A stretch of 64,000 nt of DNA, taken from NCBI RefSeq assembly GCF_035594765.1, contig NC_085845.1, forward strand, positions 95,350,024 through 95,414,023. Reading direction: 5' to 3'. Every line of letters starts with the position of its first letter. Within the stretch, counting starts at the first letter, position 1. Shown one piece after another: positions 23,468 to 37,139 of this stretch. The DNA comes from Anolis carolinensis (taxonomy: Eukaryota). Position numbers and translations under genes: made by a program. The notes beneath the pieces are model-generated. The model ran no database searches. It had not been told where the DNA came from and worked only from the letters and a program-made list of their open reading frames with translations.

Positions 23468-25147
23468 GTAAACTAGACCTCAGACTGCTTTATCGCGCTC
23501 ACAACACAAATCCTCATTTCTATGCATGTGTCTAATTTTATCATCTTTCTGGGACTACTACTACTTTTTTTTCTTTCTGCATTGTGTGTGTGTGTATGTA
23601 TATATATGTATATATATCTTCCTTTCAGTTGGCTGGATGATTTAACTCTATGCTCAGATTCTTGATGGGTATATAGATAGATTTGCATGTTCAAGACGTA
23701 TTGTTTGTTTCCTTTTCCGTTTGCATTGTGTGTTTTTTCTCTATATTTCTTGCTCTCTACTTTTCATACAAGTATTTTGGCTGGGATTTTCAGGAACATT
23801 CATTCAGGACTGGTCTATCTTCTTCCCCTAAATCTAGAGATAAGTTGCCACTGAAATCAACAAATTCTGAAAACACCACTCAAAATAAATAGTCTTCATA
23901 ATTCTGTAATCCATTCGTCTGACAATCTAGACTTCTGTGTAATAAGGTTATGTGGCATCCTAATATCTTTTAAAAAGTACAGTTTATAAATGAATACCTT
24001 TTTAACATGACTCCTTTATATAATACAGTGAAAAATATTATTTTGAATCCTGATAGAACTGTGAGTTGAAGCAATAGTGTTGTCATGAAATTTTGTATTC
24101 TTAGAGCCTCCGTTGTCACACTGCTATAATAACACCTTCATAAATTGTAGCCTGTGGGTTGTGCATGAACATATGTACATCAAAAAAATGAGGGCAGTTA
24201 ATTTTGTCAGCAAACATGTACATACAATTTAAACCTAAATGTATGTATAAATTATCCTATATGAACCCTAACCAGTACCTCTGCAATATAAGCATGTTTG
24301 TGATGGAAGTTGCACATTTGGAAAAGCCCCATCTACCTGATGTATTGACAGTAGTCTGAGTCAGTAGCAGGTTGAAAAAAATCAAAGATCTTAAAAATTG
24401 GAATACCAGACAATTGCAAAAGCTTATGTACCACGAGTGCAAAAAAATTTCTTACATGGAGCCATTTGGAAATGCTTTTTAAAAAAAGGCAAATTAAAGT
24501 GTTGTTCTGGTGTTAAATTTCAGCTTTGTTGGACTTGAGAGTAAAGTTTTTAATATTTTTAAAACTGTTTCAGAAGCCATTTCAAAAAGATATTTTGAAT
24601 ATTAATGAATTTTACATGTTTCTTGCCTGTTTTTAATTTGTATGTGCTGTTGAGTTTTATGCATATTGTCCAATAAAGATATTCTGCATGCTCTATTGTG
24701 GTTGCCAAGAAAAATAATTGCTGTAAAACAAATGCCTGTAATACTATGCAGTATGATAAACTAATCATTCTTATCTACTTTATTTATCCATTTATGTATT
24801 TATATAATGATTCAGTGCCATTTACTATAATAGTACCTTTGAATGGTATATCTATGACAGTGATACTTCAGTATATTTACTTCAGAAAAATATGTTCTTG
24901 TCTATATAATAACTCGAATGGTGAAAATATAGTGGAATATATAGTGTAAAATGGCTTCTCATACACTTGATGTGATCTTGAGCTATCTTTCAAAAGTATA
25001 AACAGGTGAGATGGGATATAAAACATTTAGTTGCATTGTTTTTATATAGTAATAATATTTATTAGTGGGATTTACATTAGTTATTGTGAAGTTTTTGCAT
25101 GAAATTTTAGTAACTTATTTCAATCATATATTGACTTACTTATGAGT

Positions 25148-25426
25148 GGAGCCCCCGATGGCGTAGTGGGTCAAAGCCTTGTGACTTGAAGGTTGGGTTG
25201 CTGACCTGAAGGCTGCCAGGTTCGAATCCAACCCAGGGAGAACGCGGATGAGCTCCCTCTATCAGCTCCAGCTCCATGCAGGGACATGAGAGAAGCCTCC
25301 CACAAGGATGGTAAAAACATTAAAACATCCGGGTGTCCCTTCGCCAGCATCCTTGCAGACGGCCAATTCTCTCACACCAGAAGCGCCTTGCAGTTTCTCA
25401 AGTCATTCCTGACACACACAAAAAAA
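25148..25426 (+). mobile_element. tRNA-derived SINE
   Basis: A box TGGCGTAGTGG, B box GGTTCGAATCC, A-tail, 10-bp TSD ACTTATGAGT. Confidence 0.88.
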
Positions 25427-25627
25427 ACTTATGAGTAATCACCAATGATCTTTTAAAGGCCAAGATGGGAATGGTGCAGCCCTCCAGACAAGATTGTAGT
25501 ATAATTCTCAGTTCTAGCTAAAAGTGAGGAATCCAGAGAGCTGCAACACAACTTCTGAAGAACTAGATAATTCCAACCCATCCTATAAATAGTTCTGAAT
25601 TTAAGAGCTCACTACACTGGACAGTTA

Positions 25628-25863
25628 TACTATGTAACAAAATTTGAAAAAATGTTCTGTTCCTGGTTTGAAAGTGTTATTTCCTATTTAATTGTGCGGT
25701 ACTTACTTTAAAAGTAGTTGTTATACTCCAGAAACTTGGTTTTTGTGGCTGCCACAAATTACGTTGAATTGGTTGAGACTCTGTGAGATATTCATTGAAA
25801 AACTTGAGCAAAATGTGCTGCACATCATTTATGACCCAGGAACAAAACTCATGTTACATAGTG
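25628..25863. mobile_element. Non-autonomous DNA element, Chapaev3-like
   Basis: Termini (t)ACTATGTAACA / TGTTACATAGTG and 3-bp TTA TSD. The family assignment is inferred. Confidence 0.6.
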
Positions 25864-26179
25864 TTATTGCAGGGCTAGTCTGGAGCAGAAATCCTCTGAT
25901 TTGACCTGGAGGCCTTGGAGAGATCCACACACTCTGTGCTCAACTTACAACTGTGGCTGAAGAGAATCTACATGGTCTAGCCAGGACAAAACTGATTGAT
26001 CACAGCTGGACTATCAACTTAAATCTCTGTCTCTGTCACCGCTGCCAGATGGCCTCCCTGGTCATGTGGGTGCCTCTGTTGACATTGCAACAGAGCACCT
26101 GCCATTGTCAGAAGCTCTCCAGGTCCATCCAGACAGGCCCATAGCTCCAGTAAAACCGAATTAATTCAGAACAAAACAG

Positions 26180-27285
26180 GGTTTGGAGCAGCATTTCACT
26201 TTGGGCACAGTGTGGTCAACACAACCAGATCGAAAGTAGACTGGTCCATTATCCACACTGGCCACTGTCTCTGTCGCCGTTCCCCTGTGCTCATCAATGC
26301 AGGGGAATGCTCAGCCCTATCACCACTATAAATGCTTGGAGAGCTCTGGGAGGGTGCTTCCAGACATCTCTTAAACCCGTGACAAAGTGGGTTTTTAAAA
26401 CCCGCTTTGGCATGGGTTTAAGTCTGCACAAACCAGGTTTTCCTGCTTTGTTCCAAATTAACAAAGGTAAGATCTGGGTCTTACCAGATGTGAGCTTTGT
26501 GTAGATTGGGCCCAGAGATCACGTCACGCTATCCCTGGTCCCAATCCATTCATCCATCTTGATTTTTTTTTTGGCTCCTAGAGGTCACCCAGCCCCTCTC
26601 CCCAAACTCCAAAATAAGCCCTTAAAGTAAAAAAAAAAAAAACTTACCTGGGCACCATTACAATAGCAGCCAAGTAAGTTTTTTTTTTAAAGGGCTTCTT
26701 TTGGAAGGCTTGGGCCCGGGCTGTGGCGCAGGCTGGAGAGCAAGCCAGCTGAAACCAGCTGCAATGAATCATTCTGACCAGGAGGTCATGAGTTCGAGGC
26801 CCTCTCGGAGCCTATGTTTGTCTTGTCTTTGTTCTATGTTAAAGAGGCATTGAATGTTTGCCTATATGTGTAATGTGATCCGCCCTGAGTCCCCTTCGGG
26901 GTGAGAAGGGCAGAATATAAATGCTGTAAATAAAATAAATAAATAAAATAAGGCTTCAGGTGACTGCATGCCATCCTGATAGTAATTGGGACGGCATATA
27001 GCCACTTTCCCCAGGAAGGCCCGGGTTTTGCGTGGATCGTGGGGTTTGGGGTGGATCGTTTTTTTAAACCCGCTTCTGCATGGGTTTAAGTAATGTCTGG
27101 AAATGTCTCAGAGCTCTCCAGGTGTTTACCGTGGTGATAGGGCTGAGCAATCCCCTTTCCCCTGCATTGATAAGCACAGGGGAAAGGTGACAGAGACAGT
27201 GGCCAGTGTGGACAATGGCCCAGTCTACATTACATCTGGTTGTGCTGTCCACACTGTTCCCAAAGTGCAGTGCTGCTCCAAAGTT
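26180..27285. mobile_element. Old fold-back DNA element with ~225-bp inverted arms
   Basis: ~26180-26405 is the diverged reverse complement of ~27060-27285; true termini are uncertain. Confidence 0.7.
26712..26949 (+). mobile_element. Short Anolis SINE2-type copy nested in the fold-back element
   Basis: tRNA-like head (GAGTTCGAGGCC), LINE2-type tail, (TAAA)n, flanked by AAGGCTT. Confidence 0.8.
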
Positions 27286-28496
27286 TTGCCCGAACTCTGG
27301 ATTATTTCCCGACTTCCCTTAGCATGGAGCTAAATGGGTTTAAGCTGATTTGTCCCACAATAAGGACTTAAAGTCCTAAAACTTTATGTAGACAATCAAG
27401 GGATGACTTCTCACTCACCGCAGGTTATACAGCCAGTCTAGACAAGCCCTCGTGTATTTTTAAATTTTTAATTTGGTTTAGATTGTTCTGCTTGTTATTT
27501 TATTTTAAATCCTGCTTTAGATTTCCTTATGAAAAAAAGATGAGTAAACTGTACATTATGGAAGCACCTAGGTAATTAATTTCTTCATAAATCAGTTGAA
27601 ACTGTTAAGAATACAGGTCATATTTCACAATGTAGGTCCACCAAAGAAGAAATAGAAAGAAAACTAGCTTGCAATAAAGACAAGGAATATAAAAAGGGGA
27701 ATAAGAATTCAAAACATGTGCACCATTGTTATATCATGTAATTACCACTCTAAGCTTCTCGACTCCTTTGTTTTTATACTCTTTTTTATTTTTTAAGCTA
27801 ATTTCAATATAGATGAGACTGTCCTGATTTGTAATTTAACCTCTTTGTTTGATATATAAATTGAATAAGGTGGATCTGATACTTTTTTATTTCTTTATTT
27901 AGTTGTTTCATTTTCATTTAAGTTAATGACACATCCCTCAATTGCCTCATCGTTCCCACTTCATATATCCCTAAGCTACAGTTATATATTATATATATAA
28001 AATCAGCTATGAACATTGGCTTGTGGCATTGCAATCAATGGAACCATTTATACAAAGACTGAGGCAATTAACTCGTATCTTCAGCACCTTCAAGCAAAAA
28101 AAAAATTATTTTGCTTTTATATTGCAAAGATCTTGAAATGTATCCTGTTTTTCTATCACCATAACAGCAAATGTTGCAAAGATAGACTTCATTTACTATA
28201 TTCACAAGCATCCCCTCTCCAAACCAACCCATTTAAATAATGTTTAAAGATATCTACATCTCAAGGGGTAGTCACTATACTGACTATCCCAATTTGTCCC
28301 CATTTCTAAAATCTTCAAATCCATAATCCAATTTTTCTTTCATTCATGGACAAATATAGTTCTGTGAGAACAGAGGGTGATGACACAACAGGATGGTGGA
28401 AGAAGGACACAAAATAGATCTTTTAAAACTTAGTCCACCCCACATGCACCTATATATCGTAGAATTTCAAGTGATGTGATATTCAACTTATCTAAG

Positions 28497-28830
28497 TCCC
28501 TGTCTACATTGTAGAAATAATGCAGTTTAACACCACTTGAACTGCCATGGCTCAATGTTAGTTTGGAGATGCACCAGCAAGCACTCTTTGGTCCCTTTCA
28601 CATGGCTGTGTAAAATCCATATTGAACTGGATTATATGGCAGTGTGGACTCAGATAATCCAGTTCAAATAAGATATTGTGGATTATCTGCCTTGATATTC
28701 TGTGTTATATGGCTATGTGGAAGGGCCCATTGTCAAAGAAAGATAAAGACCTTGAAAACTACAGCTTCCATTATTCCATAGCATTGAGCCATGGCACTTA
28801 ACGTGGTGTCAAACTGCATTATTTCTACAG
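28497..28830. mobile_element. Nested palindromic MITEs (inner 28590-28728)
   Basis: Outer IR tgtagaaataatgcagttt / aaactgcattatttctaca; inner IR ggtccctttcacat / atgtggaagggccc. Confidence 0.7.
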
Positions 28831-30037
28831 TTAATTCTACTAGAATCTGGATTGTATATTTACATAGGAATGTGACTTTATTATTGCTCAATCCCTACAA
28901 TTACTCTGAATTTGGTTGTGCCATTGAGTACAGCATGGGCAGAGGTCACGTTTATCTCATAGGATTTCATGGGATTAATTGTGGAGTTGCATTTTTGTAC
29001 AATGAAAGTCACGGAAACCAACTAGTGGCTGCTTTATGAAAATGTTTGCTAGGCCAAATGCAGCTTAAACATCCAATGCAGATTTCAGAATGATATAACC
29101 CTGACAGAAATAGGCAGAAACTATTTATTTCAGAAAAAATACATGCGAGATAAAAGTTTCTTGGTTATCTCCAAGTGTATCTACATAAAAATGAAAAACA
29201 AAGTGTAAGTTTGGGTTAATGTAATATACATAGACATAGAAAAGCAAAGAAGATCAAGGAGAGATAGTGTTAATTTTTGGGAAGAAAAAACTTGCATTGC
29301 TGCCCCCAAAGCTATTGTTTGTCAGCTGCTGTCACGCTTTTCCCTCACTTACTAGATGACTTGTCTGAATTGTCTTATTTCAGACTTTAACAAGGAAGAA
29401 GAGACATGCCATGTATTTATAACCACCACCCATGAAAAATTAGTCATATCCTTATCTATTTCCATATACAAAGGCCTAAAATAATCCCATCACTTGTCAC
29501 AACACATTAGTTCTACATTATGCATTTATTGTATGGAAGAGCATACTACTTTATAAATGTGGTTAATTGGTGATAGATAAAAGATAGTCTGATTCATGTA
29601 AACTGCATGTTTAAAGTAACACTAAATACACTTTAAAGTAACATTTAAAGTGTGTTTAGTGTTTTTAGCTAAATACACTTTTCTGCATAGTCAAACGAAG
29701 CAAGCCCCATTAATTAAGTACTGTATTAATTTGGAAACCCAGTTGGGAAGAACGACAAAGAAGTGACAATTTTGTGTCACTTTGGACAGTATTTGCACAT
29801 CTCAAAGTGTTTCCAGAAATCATTTTGCACAGAAAAACACATGGGGTGTTTTGCACCACAACCATGGTTTTCCCTGAAAAACATTTCTTACACAAAGAAC
29901 ACTGTTTCCAGAAACATGTGTTTTTGCGCACAAAAAAGTGACTGTTCCCAGAAACACACAATGCTGTATACAAAAGTATGGTTCTGCACAATACACACCA
30001 TTTGATTCTCTAGGAAGTGTTTATTTGTGCAGAAGGG

Positions 30038-30040
<3 letters not shown>

Positions 30041-30082
<42 letters not shown>
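30041..30082. repeat. (AT)n microsatellite
   Basis: Direct observation. Confidence 0.95.
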
Positions 30083-30088
<6 letters not shown>

Positions 30089-30475
30089 ACTCTTCATGAA
30101 AAAACTCTTCTTGAAAAAAAGGAGATTTGTTTTTGTACTGCAGTTGACAGAAAGTATGAAACTTACTCATTTTTGCACGAGACCAAAATAGAGATGAATA
30201 TCCTTAGTCTACCTCAATAAATATGCATGGGGTTGTAGCCTTAGGAAAATTACACCAAATCACAGATTTTCTGTCACCCCACCCATATATTGTCTTTCTG
30301 TCCTCAATCCATGTTTTCTCACTGTCTTCTCAAATGACTATCACTGATCTGTTCCTTTCTCTAAAACTCACACTGGCTTATCCCGTGTTCCTACTGTTTA
30401 ATTGCATGCTATGGTTAAATAATCCAATTTCTTATTTCCCCAAATTGATATGCTGGAATTCTTGATGATTTAGGA

Positions 30476-30611
30476 CAGTGGTTCTCAACCTGGGGTCCCC
30501 AGATGTTTTTGGCCTACAAGTCCCAGAAATGCCAGCCAGTTTACCAGCTGTTAGGATTTCTGGGAGTTGAAGGCCAAAAAACATCTGGGGACCCCAGGTT
30601 GAGAGCCACAG
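30476..30611. mobile_element. Palindromic hAT MITE
   Basis: TIR CAGTGGTTCTCAACC, perfect 8-bp TSD ATTTAGGA. Confidence 0.92.
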
Positions 30612-30756
30612 ATTTAGGATGTCTGAAGGATATATTTAGCCCATGATAGTCATTAAGTTCTAACCCCGTCTTATGGACAATGATCAGAATACCAGTTGCT
30701 AATACATATAAAATTTTTATGTTCTTGCATCTTGTCTAGTGCATACATGATTGTTC

Positions 30757-31021
30757 TAGGGGTGTGCAAAATGGAAGAATTTCATTCTGTTTTTTTGTTC
30801 CCTTTTCATTTTGTTTTCTTTTCCAATGTTGGGTCCCTTTGTGTGCCCCCCTTCTGTTTTCAGAAAGATTATTTCTGAAATGGAAACAAAACTCTGGATC
30901 CTGAATTATGACTTCGAACAGCCCCCCTCCTAATCTCCTGGAATCTTCCCAGAAACAAAACAGAGGGGCACCCAAAAGAAAAAGAAAACAGAACGAAATT
31001 CTGCCATTTTGCACGCCCTTA
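30757..31021. mobile_element. hAT-type MITE with TAGGG ends
   Basis: Long TIR taggggtgtgcaaaatgg / ccattttgcacgccctta; 8-bp TSD GATTGTTC/GTTTGTTC. Confidence 0.8.
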
Positions 31022-32440
31022 GTTTGTTCTGATGGAAATTTTAGTCACAACATTTGTCCAAAAATCTGGATCAATTTATCCATAGGGCTATGTATGCACT
31101 GTACCTTAATTCTTACATTATAAAGGAACCATTCCATTCTTGGAGTGCAGTGTTGAAAACGAAGACCTTGGTCTGTTCTGGGAAAACCTAAAAGACAACC
31201 AACCCTCTCTACTTTCTCCACTAAAGCATGATTTCTGGTCTTTTTGAATGTCTGGAAATGGTGGCAGTGGCCAAGGGTAGCTGGCCCCCTAAGGTGATAC
31301 TGGTGTTTTCCCTTCTCCTCAGAATTACCCTCAACCTGTCCATAGGTCATATTAAAATCCATAATTTCTTCCCCCAAACTTGCCTTTAACTTATTCATGA
31401 GGTTGACATACATATGTTAATAATGATATCCTTCCCTTTCTTAAAATATCTCAGAATGGACTGTAACTAGCAAAACAGCAATAATCTAAAACAATTTTAT
31501 AGTTTATTAGAACTCTGCAATCCGATCTCACGTAGCCATGATGTCTAGGCCCTAAAAACCACATTCTTAACTTGGTACCAAAATTAAGCCAGTATCCGAT
31601 CAAACAGTCCTCCAAAGAGAGGACATTCTGAAAAGGAGAACCACAGTAAAGAAAGCTCTCCTAAATCATCCATATAATGTAATTTTCCCATTAGTGGAAG
31701 ATAGTGGAGAGCTTTCCTGGCAGATTTTAATGGTTGCAATATAGGAAGAGAAGACATGCCTCCAAGTATCAAGGTTTCAGTCTGGTCAGGTAGGACTTTA
31801 ATGTCACCTTCAGCCATTTGAGATCAGGTAAGAAGCATGTTGATTTCAGTTCTGTAAGAACTGATGTGAAGTGATTTTTCTAAAATATTCCTATCAGCAG
31901 TCCAGTAGGTGTTATATTCTAAATCAAATTTCCATGTACCCAAACTTTGGTGGAATCCTTCCAGTGTTAATATTCTACACATTGTTGCTGCTTGAACCAA
32001 TTCATTCAACTCTTGACTGGTATATAAATCTTCACTTATTTTAAAAGAACCAATATTTATTTGGTCCTACTTAAAAAAGAATATTTGAATATATCACAGT
32101 GGCATAATTTATGTGTTTAAATTCACTATAAATTCTGCTGCTTAATCTATTCTATCTAACCAATCTCTTGATGGGAAATTGCTTTAGAAAACTGTAGTCC
32201 AACAATCTCTACCCAGAGCCATTAATCCATAATTCAGAAATGTTTATCTCAAGTCACTCCTGATACGAAAAAAAAAATCTTGGAAACTCATGTCTGGATT
32301 CCATGCCTGCATGGAAAAACAGGTAGAAGTGGAAATTACACCCGTTTTTATGCCAAATTACTTTTCCTGATGAGAAGTCCAAAAATAGTTGTTAGGATTT
32401 TATTGTATGTAGAGGCATGAAAGACAAGAAGTCAATCTGA

Positions 32441-32622
32441 AACAGATCCCATCTTGGACTCTATGTAGTGTCAGCCCTAGTTAGCACTTGAATGGGAGAC
32501 CACCAATGAATTCCAGATGCTTTAAGGCTCTATTTCAGAGGAAGGAACTGGCAAAATAACCTCTGAGAATTCCTTGCCTAAAAAAACCTTAAGTCGATGT
32601 GCAACTTGATGGCACACACACA
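32441..32622 (+). mobile_element. 5S rRNA-derived SINE (5S-Sauria type), degenerate
   Basis: 5S-like gttagcacttgaatgggagaccacc followed by a body and tail shared with 43170-43280. Confidence 0.7.
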
Positions 32623-32674
32623 ACCATATGCAGAGATTGTTCCCTATATATTCCCTGTCTTGAAAACAAATGCC

Positions 32675-32705
<31 letters not shown>

Positions 32706-33157
32706 CAGTGTTTATATTCCGCCCTTCTCACCCCAAAGGGGACTCAGGGCGGATTACAATGAACACATATATGGCAAACTTTCAATGCCAACAGACAAAC
32801 AACATATATAGACAGACACAGAGGCATTTAACATTTTTTCCAGCTTCACGATTCCGGCCACAGGGGGAGCTGTTGCTTCACTGTCCACTAGTGGCTGTAC
32901 TTCCTCATTCCTTTTCTCGTGTTTTGCTGGCAGTTTTATGATGTTGTAAATTAGTTAAATTAGCCTCCCCGCATAAAGCGTACCTAAATTTCCCTACTTG
33001 ACAGATGCAACTGTCTTTCAGGGCTGCATAGGTCAACAGCAAGCCAGGTTATTTAATCGTCGGGGGCTTAACCCGACCCGGGCTTCGAACTCATGACCTC
33101 TTGGTCAGTAGTGATTTATTGCAGCTGGTTACTAGCCAGCTGCACCACAGACCGGCC
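32675..33157 (-). mobile_element. Full-length Anolis SINE2-type element
   Basis: Close reverse complement of 42625-43089; tRNA-like head and LINE2 tail. Confidence 0.88.
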
Positions 33158-34084
33158 CTTAAAAGAGTATGAACAACATGTGTTTGAATTTTAGAATGTA
33201 TATATATTTTACCCTTTTGCATAGTTCAGAACTAGAAGATAAACCAAACCCAGTACTTTTGTTTTTATTTTTCTCATGTACAAGTATTTTATAATAAATA
33301 GCTTGCATTTCCAGGTAACAGTCAAAAATTACATAATTTGGAAGACGTTCAGAAGTGTTCACAGGAAGATTTCAGTATTGGATCTCCAATATTCCAAATT
33401 GATGAGTGTTTCTGTTATCAAGAGTTCCATAGCAGGGGATATATTCTGGCATAGACAATTAACACTGCCCTGGTAACTTGCCAGAAATAGTCTCTTTATG
33501 TGCAGTGCAGGAACCAGTAGAAGATAGAATGGATAATAGCTGAGCATTACACAATGCAGACAACAGAAGTGATTGGGCAGATCTTCTGAAACCTCTCGAG
33601 ACTCAATGATGTGTATTTGAAAATTTGACAAGCCTATGACAAGAAGGTCATATATGTGTAAGTTCAAATTAGAGCATTTTGATTTATTGACATAGGGCCT
33701 CATCACAAAAGTCCAAGGATTTGCCATGTATCGTGGTAAATCCATGGTGTCCAGGTGGGGGGTATGGAGAACCTGTAGCTCCATAACTAGCATTGTGTGA
33801 CTTACCACGCCATCACATGAAGGAAGCGTCACTACAAGTCTCCCCCCCCCCCCCCATTGTCCTGAAGGCAACATATGTGTTGCCTTCAGGACAATGTGTT
33901 GTCCGTGTTGCCGGGTGGCAGCATATGCCACTTCCTCTCCCCTTTCCTGACCAGAAGAACATGTGTGTCATGTAGTGGGCTCCATCGGGAAAGAGGAGAG
34001 GAAGCAGTGTATGATGTAGTAATATAGAGTCCTACTCTTACCAAAGGTATAAAATATACATTTTAAATGTGTAAATTTTACATG

Positions 34085-34730
34085 TAAATAATAATATAAT
34101 GATAATACATTTATTTTTGTATGCCGCCTCCATCTCCCCGGCAGGGCGGCTCACATGGGGAACAGCCCAATATAATCACATAAAATAATAAAATAACAAT
34201 TTAGATATCAGACAACACAATTTAAAAACAATTTAAACAGGTCATAGTTAAAATCGGCATAGTTAAAATGTTAAACAATCATCCAGGCATTAAAGGTCCA
34301 ATATAAGATAACATCTGGGCGATAATCAAAACTGATTTAGGGAGTGTCTATTACAAATACGACATACATCAAATAGATACAAGAGGTAGGGAAGATAAAT
34401 CTGAACGGGAATCAAACTAAAAAGTAAACAGGGCAAGTTTCAATGTAGATATGGACCAGGTTATAACGGACTTGTCTACTCAAAAGCACAACAGAACAGC
34501 CATGTTTTTAATTTCTTCCGGAAGACAGCGAGGGTTGGTGCTAACCTAATCTCCCTGGGGAGGGAATTCCAGAGCCAGGGAGCCACCGCAGAGAAGGCTT
34601 TCTCCCGTGTCCCCACCAACCGCATTTGCGAAGGGGGAGGAAGCGAGAGAAGAGTCTCCCCAGAAGATCTTAGAGATCACACAGATTCATAGGGGAAGAT
34701 GCGGTCACGAAGATAGGCCGGTTCCGAACC
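34085..34730 (-). mobile_element. 5'-truncated LINE2
   Basis: Minus strand encodes the L2 ORF2 C-terminus (TREKAFSAVAPWLWNSLPREIRLAPTLAVFRKKLKTWLF) followed by the 3'UTR tail. Confidence 0.85.
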
Positions 34731-35197
34731 TATTAAAGCTTCTTTTCCAGAAGACCTTCAGAATGAACCTTTACTGAATCTAAGCAAGTAGAATCTATTA
34801 AGAATGATTCTATGGTGCATCTTCACTGCCGTTATATATGTAAGAAATGTTAAACATATCCCATAAGGATATCAGTGACTTTGTGGTAGTAGGGCAGGTA
34901 ATTGTCTGATGCAAATGGTTTCATTCACAGAACATATCTTTAAAACCTTTTCTGAACAAACCCAACAAAATTTGTTGTGACATTCTGACATATCTGATTA
35001 AATGTCCACAACTCACAAGTCTTCTCTTTCGCTTTCTACTAACCTGGCTTTCTTTGTTTCCACACTTGCTTGCTACTTTTGCTTTAAAATGCATGGCCAA
35101 TTAATAACTGCTATATGCATGTTGACTGCACACACCAGAATCGTACTCTACTCACCTCTCTGGCTCAGAACCTATGATGTGTCCTTGGTTTTCAAAG

Positions 35198-35334
35198 CCT
35201 ACCACCTGCGCCGAGAAGAAACAGATTGGTTCGACAAGCCCCGGGAGTCTCGTTTGGAGAATGGACATGGTTTTGACAGAAGACTGCCAGACAAGCTAGC
35301 CCATTCAAGGCCACCGAGTCAGCATCAAGACCAA
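35198..35334 (+). CDS. PCLO: Piccolo exon (~exon 8, 137 nt)
   Basis: Acceptor ttttcaaag|CC and donor CAA|gtaagg. Encodes (A)[24 protein letters not shown]...SQHQDQ; phase 1 to 0 fits both neighbours. Confidence 0.95.
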
Positions 35335-37139
35335 GTAAGGAGGTTACATTTTTAAACAATGATTATAAAAAGTCTTTGAGGCAATCTGTAATTCATGTAG
35401 TCTTTTTTTACTTTACTATAAGACTCTTGAGTTTATCAAACTGAGGATGATAAACAAAGGACATTCAGTGTCCCATTGATAACGCCCAATTTAAAAGCAA
35501 AGGAAAATCTTAGCTTTTCCAAACTTTTAGAGGCAACCTGCAACTACAATGAAAGCTTGTTGGTAGGTGACCCAAGAATTATTTAACAAAGCTACTGATA
35601 TTGTTCTTCCTTTTATCTGTAACATCTGACTACTGAAACAGTCTTTTCACTCAGCCTAATAGTATGGTCACCCATGGATAATATGCCTTCACAAACATAT
35701 TGGAATGTCATAGCATGCGAAAATCACTGTTGTCTTACTGTCAGTTGAATGAACACACGAATGCCATGCACCAAATACATAGGAAATTAGTTATTGCAGT
35801 TAGTGCTGCACCAGACCCTCCTGAAACCTGACTTACAGTGTACGTTTGTTTTTTTAAAAATTGCAAAAATATAACACCCCTCTTGGGCAGCACTTATTTG
35901 CTACCATTGTTTCCTCCGATACATTAAAAGGAAAGGAGTATGTTCCTTTTGCTGAGGTAAGTAAAAACTTGACAGAAAAGGATGTCTACTTCCCAAGGTG
36001 GAAGTGCTCAGCACTCTTTGGAATAACAATAATTTTAGAAGTGCCAATGGAGTAATAGTGTTAACTCACAAGTATGTGTCAGAAAGGCCCTTTGGTTTAA
36101 TGAACAGGGGACTTTTATAATGTTAGAATGAGACTAGAGCTTACTGACTAACTCAGTAAGATTTACTTGAGGGTTCACTTACCATTTAGACATTAGTTCA
36201 ATATTTCTATTCTACTTTAGACTAGCAATTTAATTTAGATCATAGATTTTGTAGAAGTGGCTCACACAAGTAGGTTCAGATCCCCAGTGAGATAATGAAC
36301 TCCATTCTCTTTAGAATTATCAAATAGGATCAGGAGCAATATGCCACAACTTATTATCCCAAGGGTTCATAACATAATTTCGTGTAATGTCAGAAACTAT
36401 CCTGGATATAATAATTGGATAATTTATGAAAATTGCAAAGGGTGTTTCTGACATACAGTACTAAGATCATATTGGCACTGAAATAGAGTGGCAGGTTAAA
36501 TTCTTGACGAGGCTTCTGTAGCATTAATGCTGGAAACATCACAGAGCAAGAGGAGGTGTCATAAACATCCAGAGTGTCTTCCATCAATTTCCAAATTCTG
36601 ATTTTCAGCTGCAGCTGTCCCCTCCCAACACAGCTATTATTTCACTAGTCATCCAGGCACAACAGAGGTAGCTACTTCTCAATGTCTACCAACTCTACAC
36701 CTGGAAAACACCACCCACTTAATGGAGCTTTATAGCACCTCATCCTGCAACAAATCACATCTCATATCTAAACTTGCAATCCTGCCCTAAAATACTGCTA
36801 TAATTGAAAAAGCTGGGTAAAAAGGCTGCTATGATCACATCAATGTCTTATCAGACACTTCCAGTCAACCAATAAATGTAATCTAACACCCCATTTGGCC
36901 CCACGTTGTTGACCATGATCTGTACTGCAGAGATTATGCTGTTCTGGTGACATAAAGATCATCATTCGTCTGAGGACTTTGGAAACTAACAAAAAGCATG
37001 ATGTTGTCAATATCTTTCTGCCTTTGCAAAACATATCCAGCATTTTAAATTTTCTGTCTTAGAATTTATTCTTCATTAGCATCACTCAATTTCCCTTTTA
37101 GCCAATGATAGAAAAATATTAAAGCAGTATTTAGTCTGT

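Noticed and set aside
25148-25235. tRNA gene
   Set aside because: A/B boxes only, no convincing cloverleaf, followed by SINE body, tail and TSD.
31130-32010. Possible old LINE ORF2 remnant (also 36300-37050 and 41400-42110)
   Set aside because: Too degenerate to assign by eye.
32441-32530. 5S rRNA gene
   Set aside because: Degenerate and fused to a SINE body seen twice in the window; it is a SINE head.
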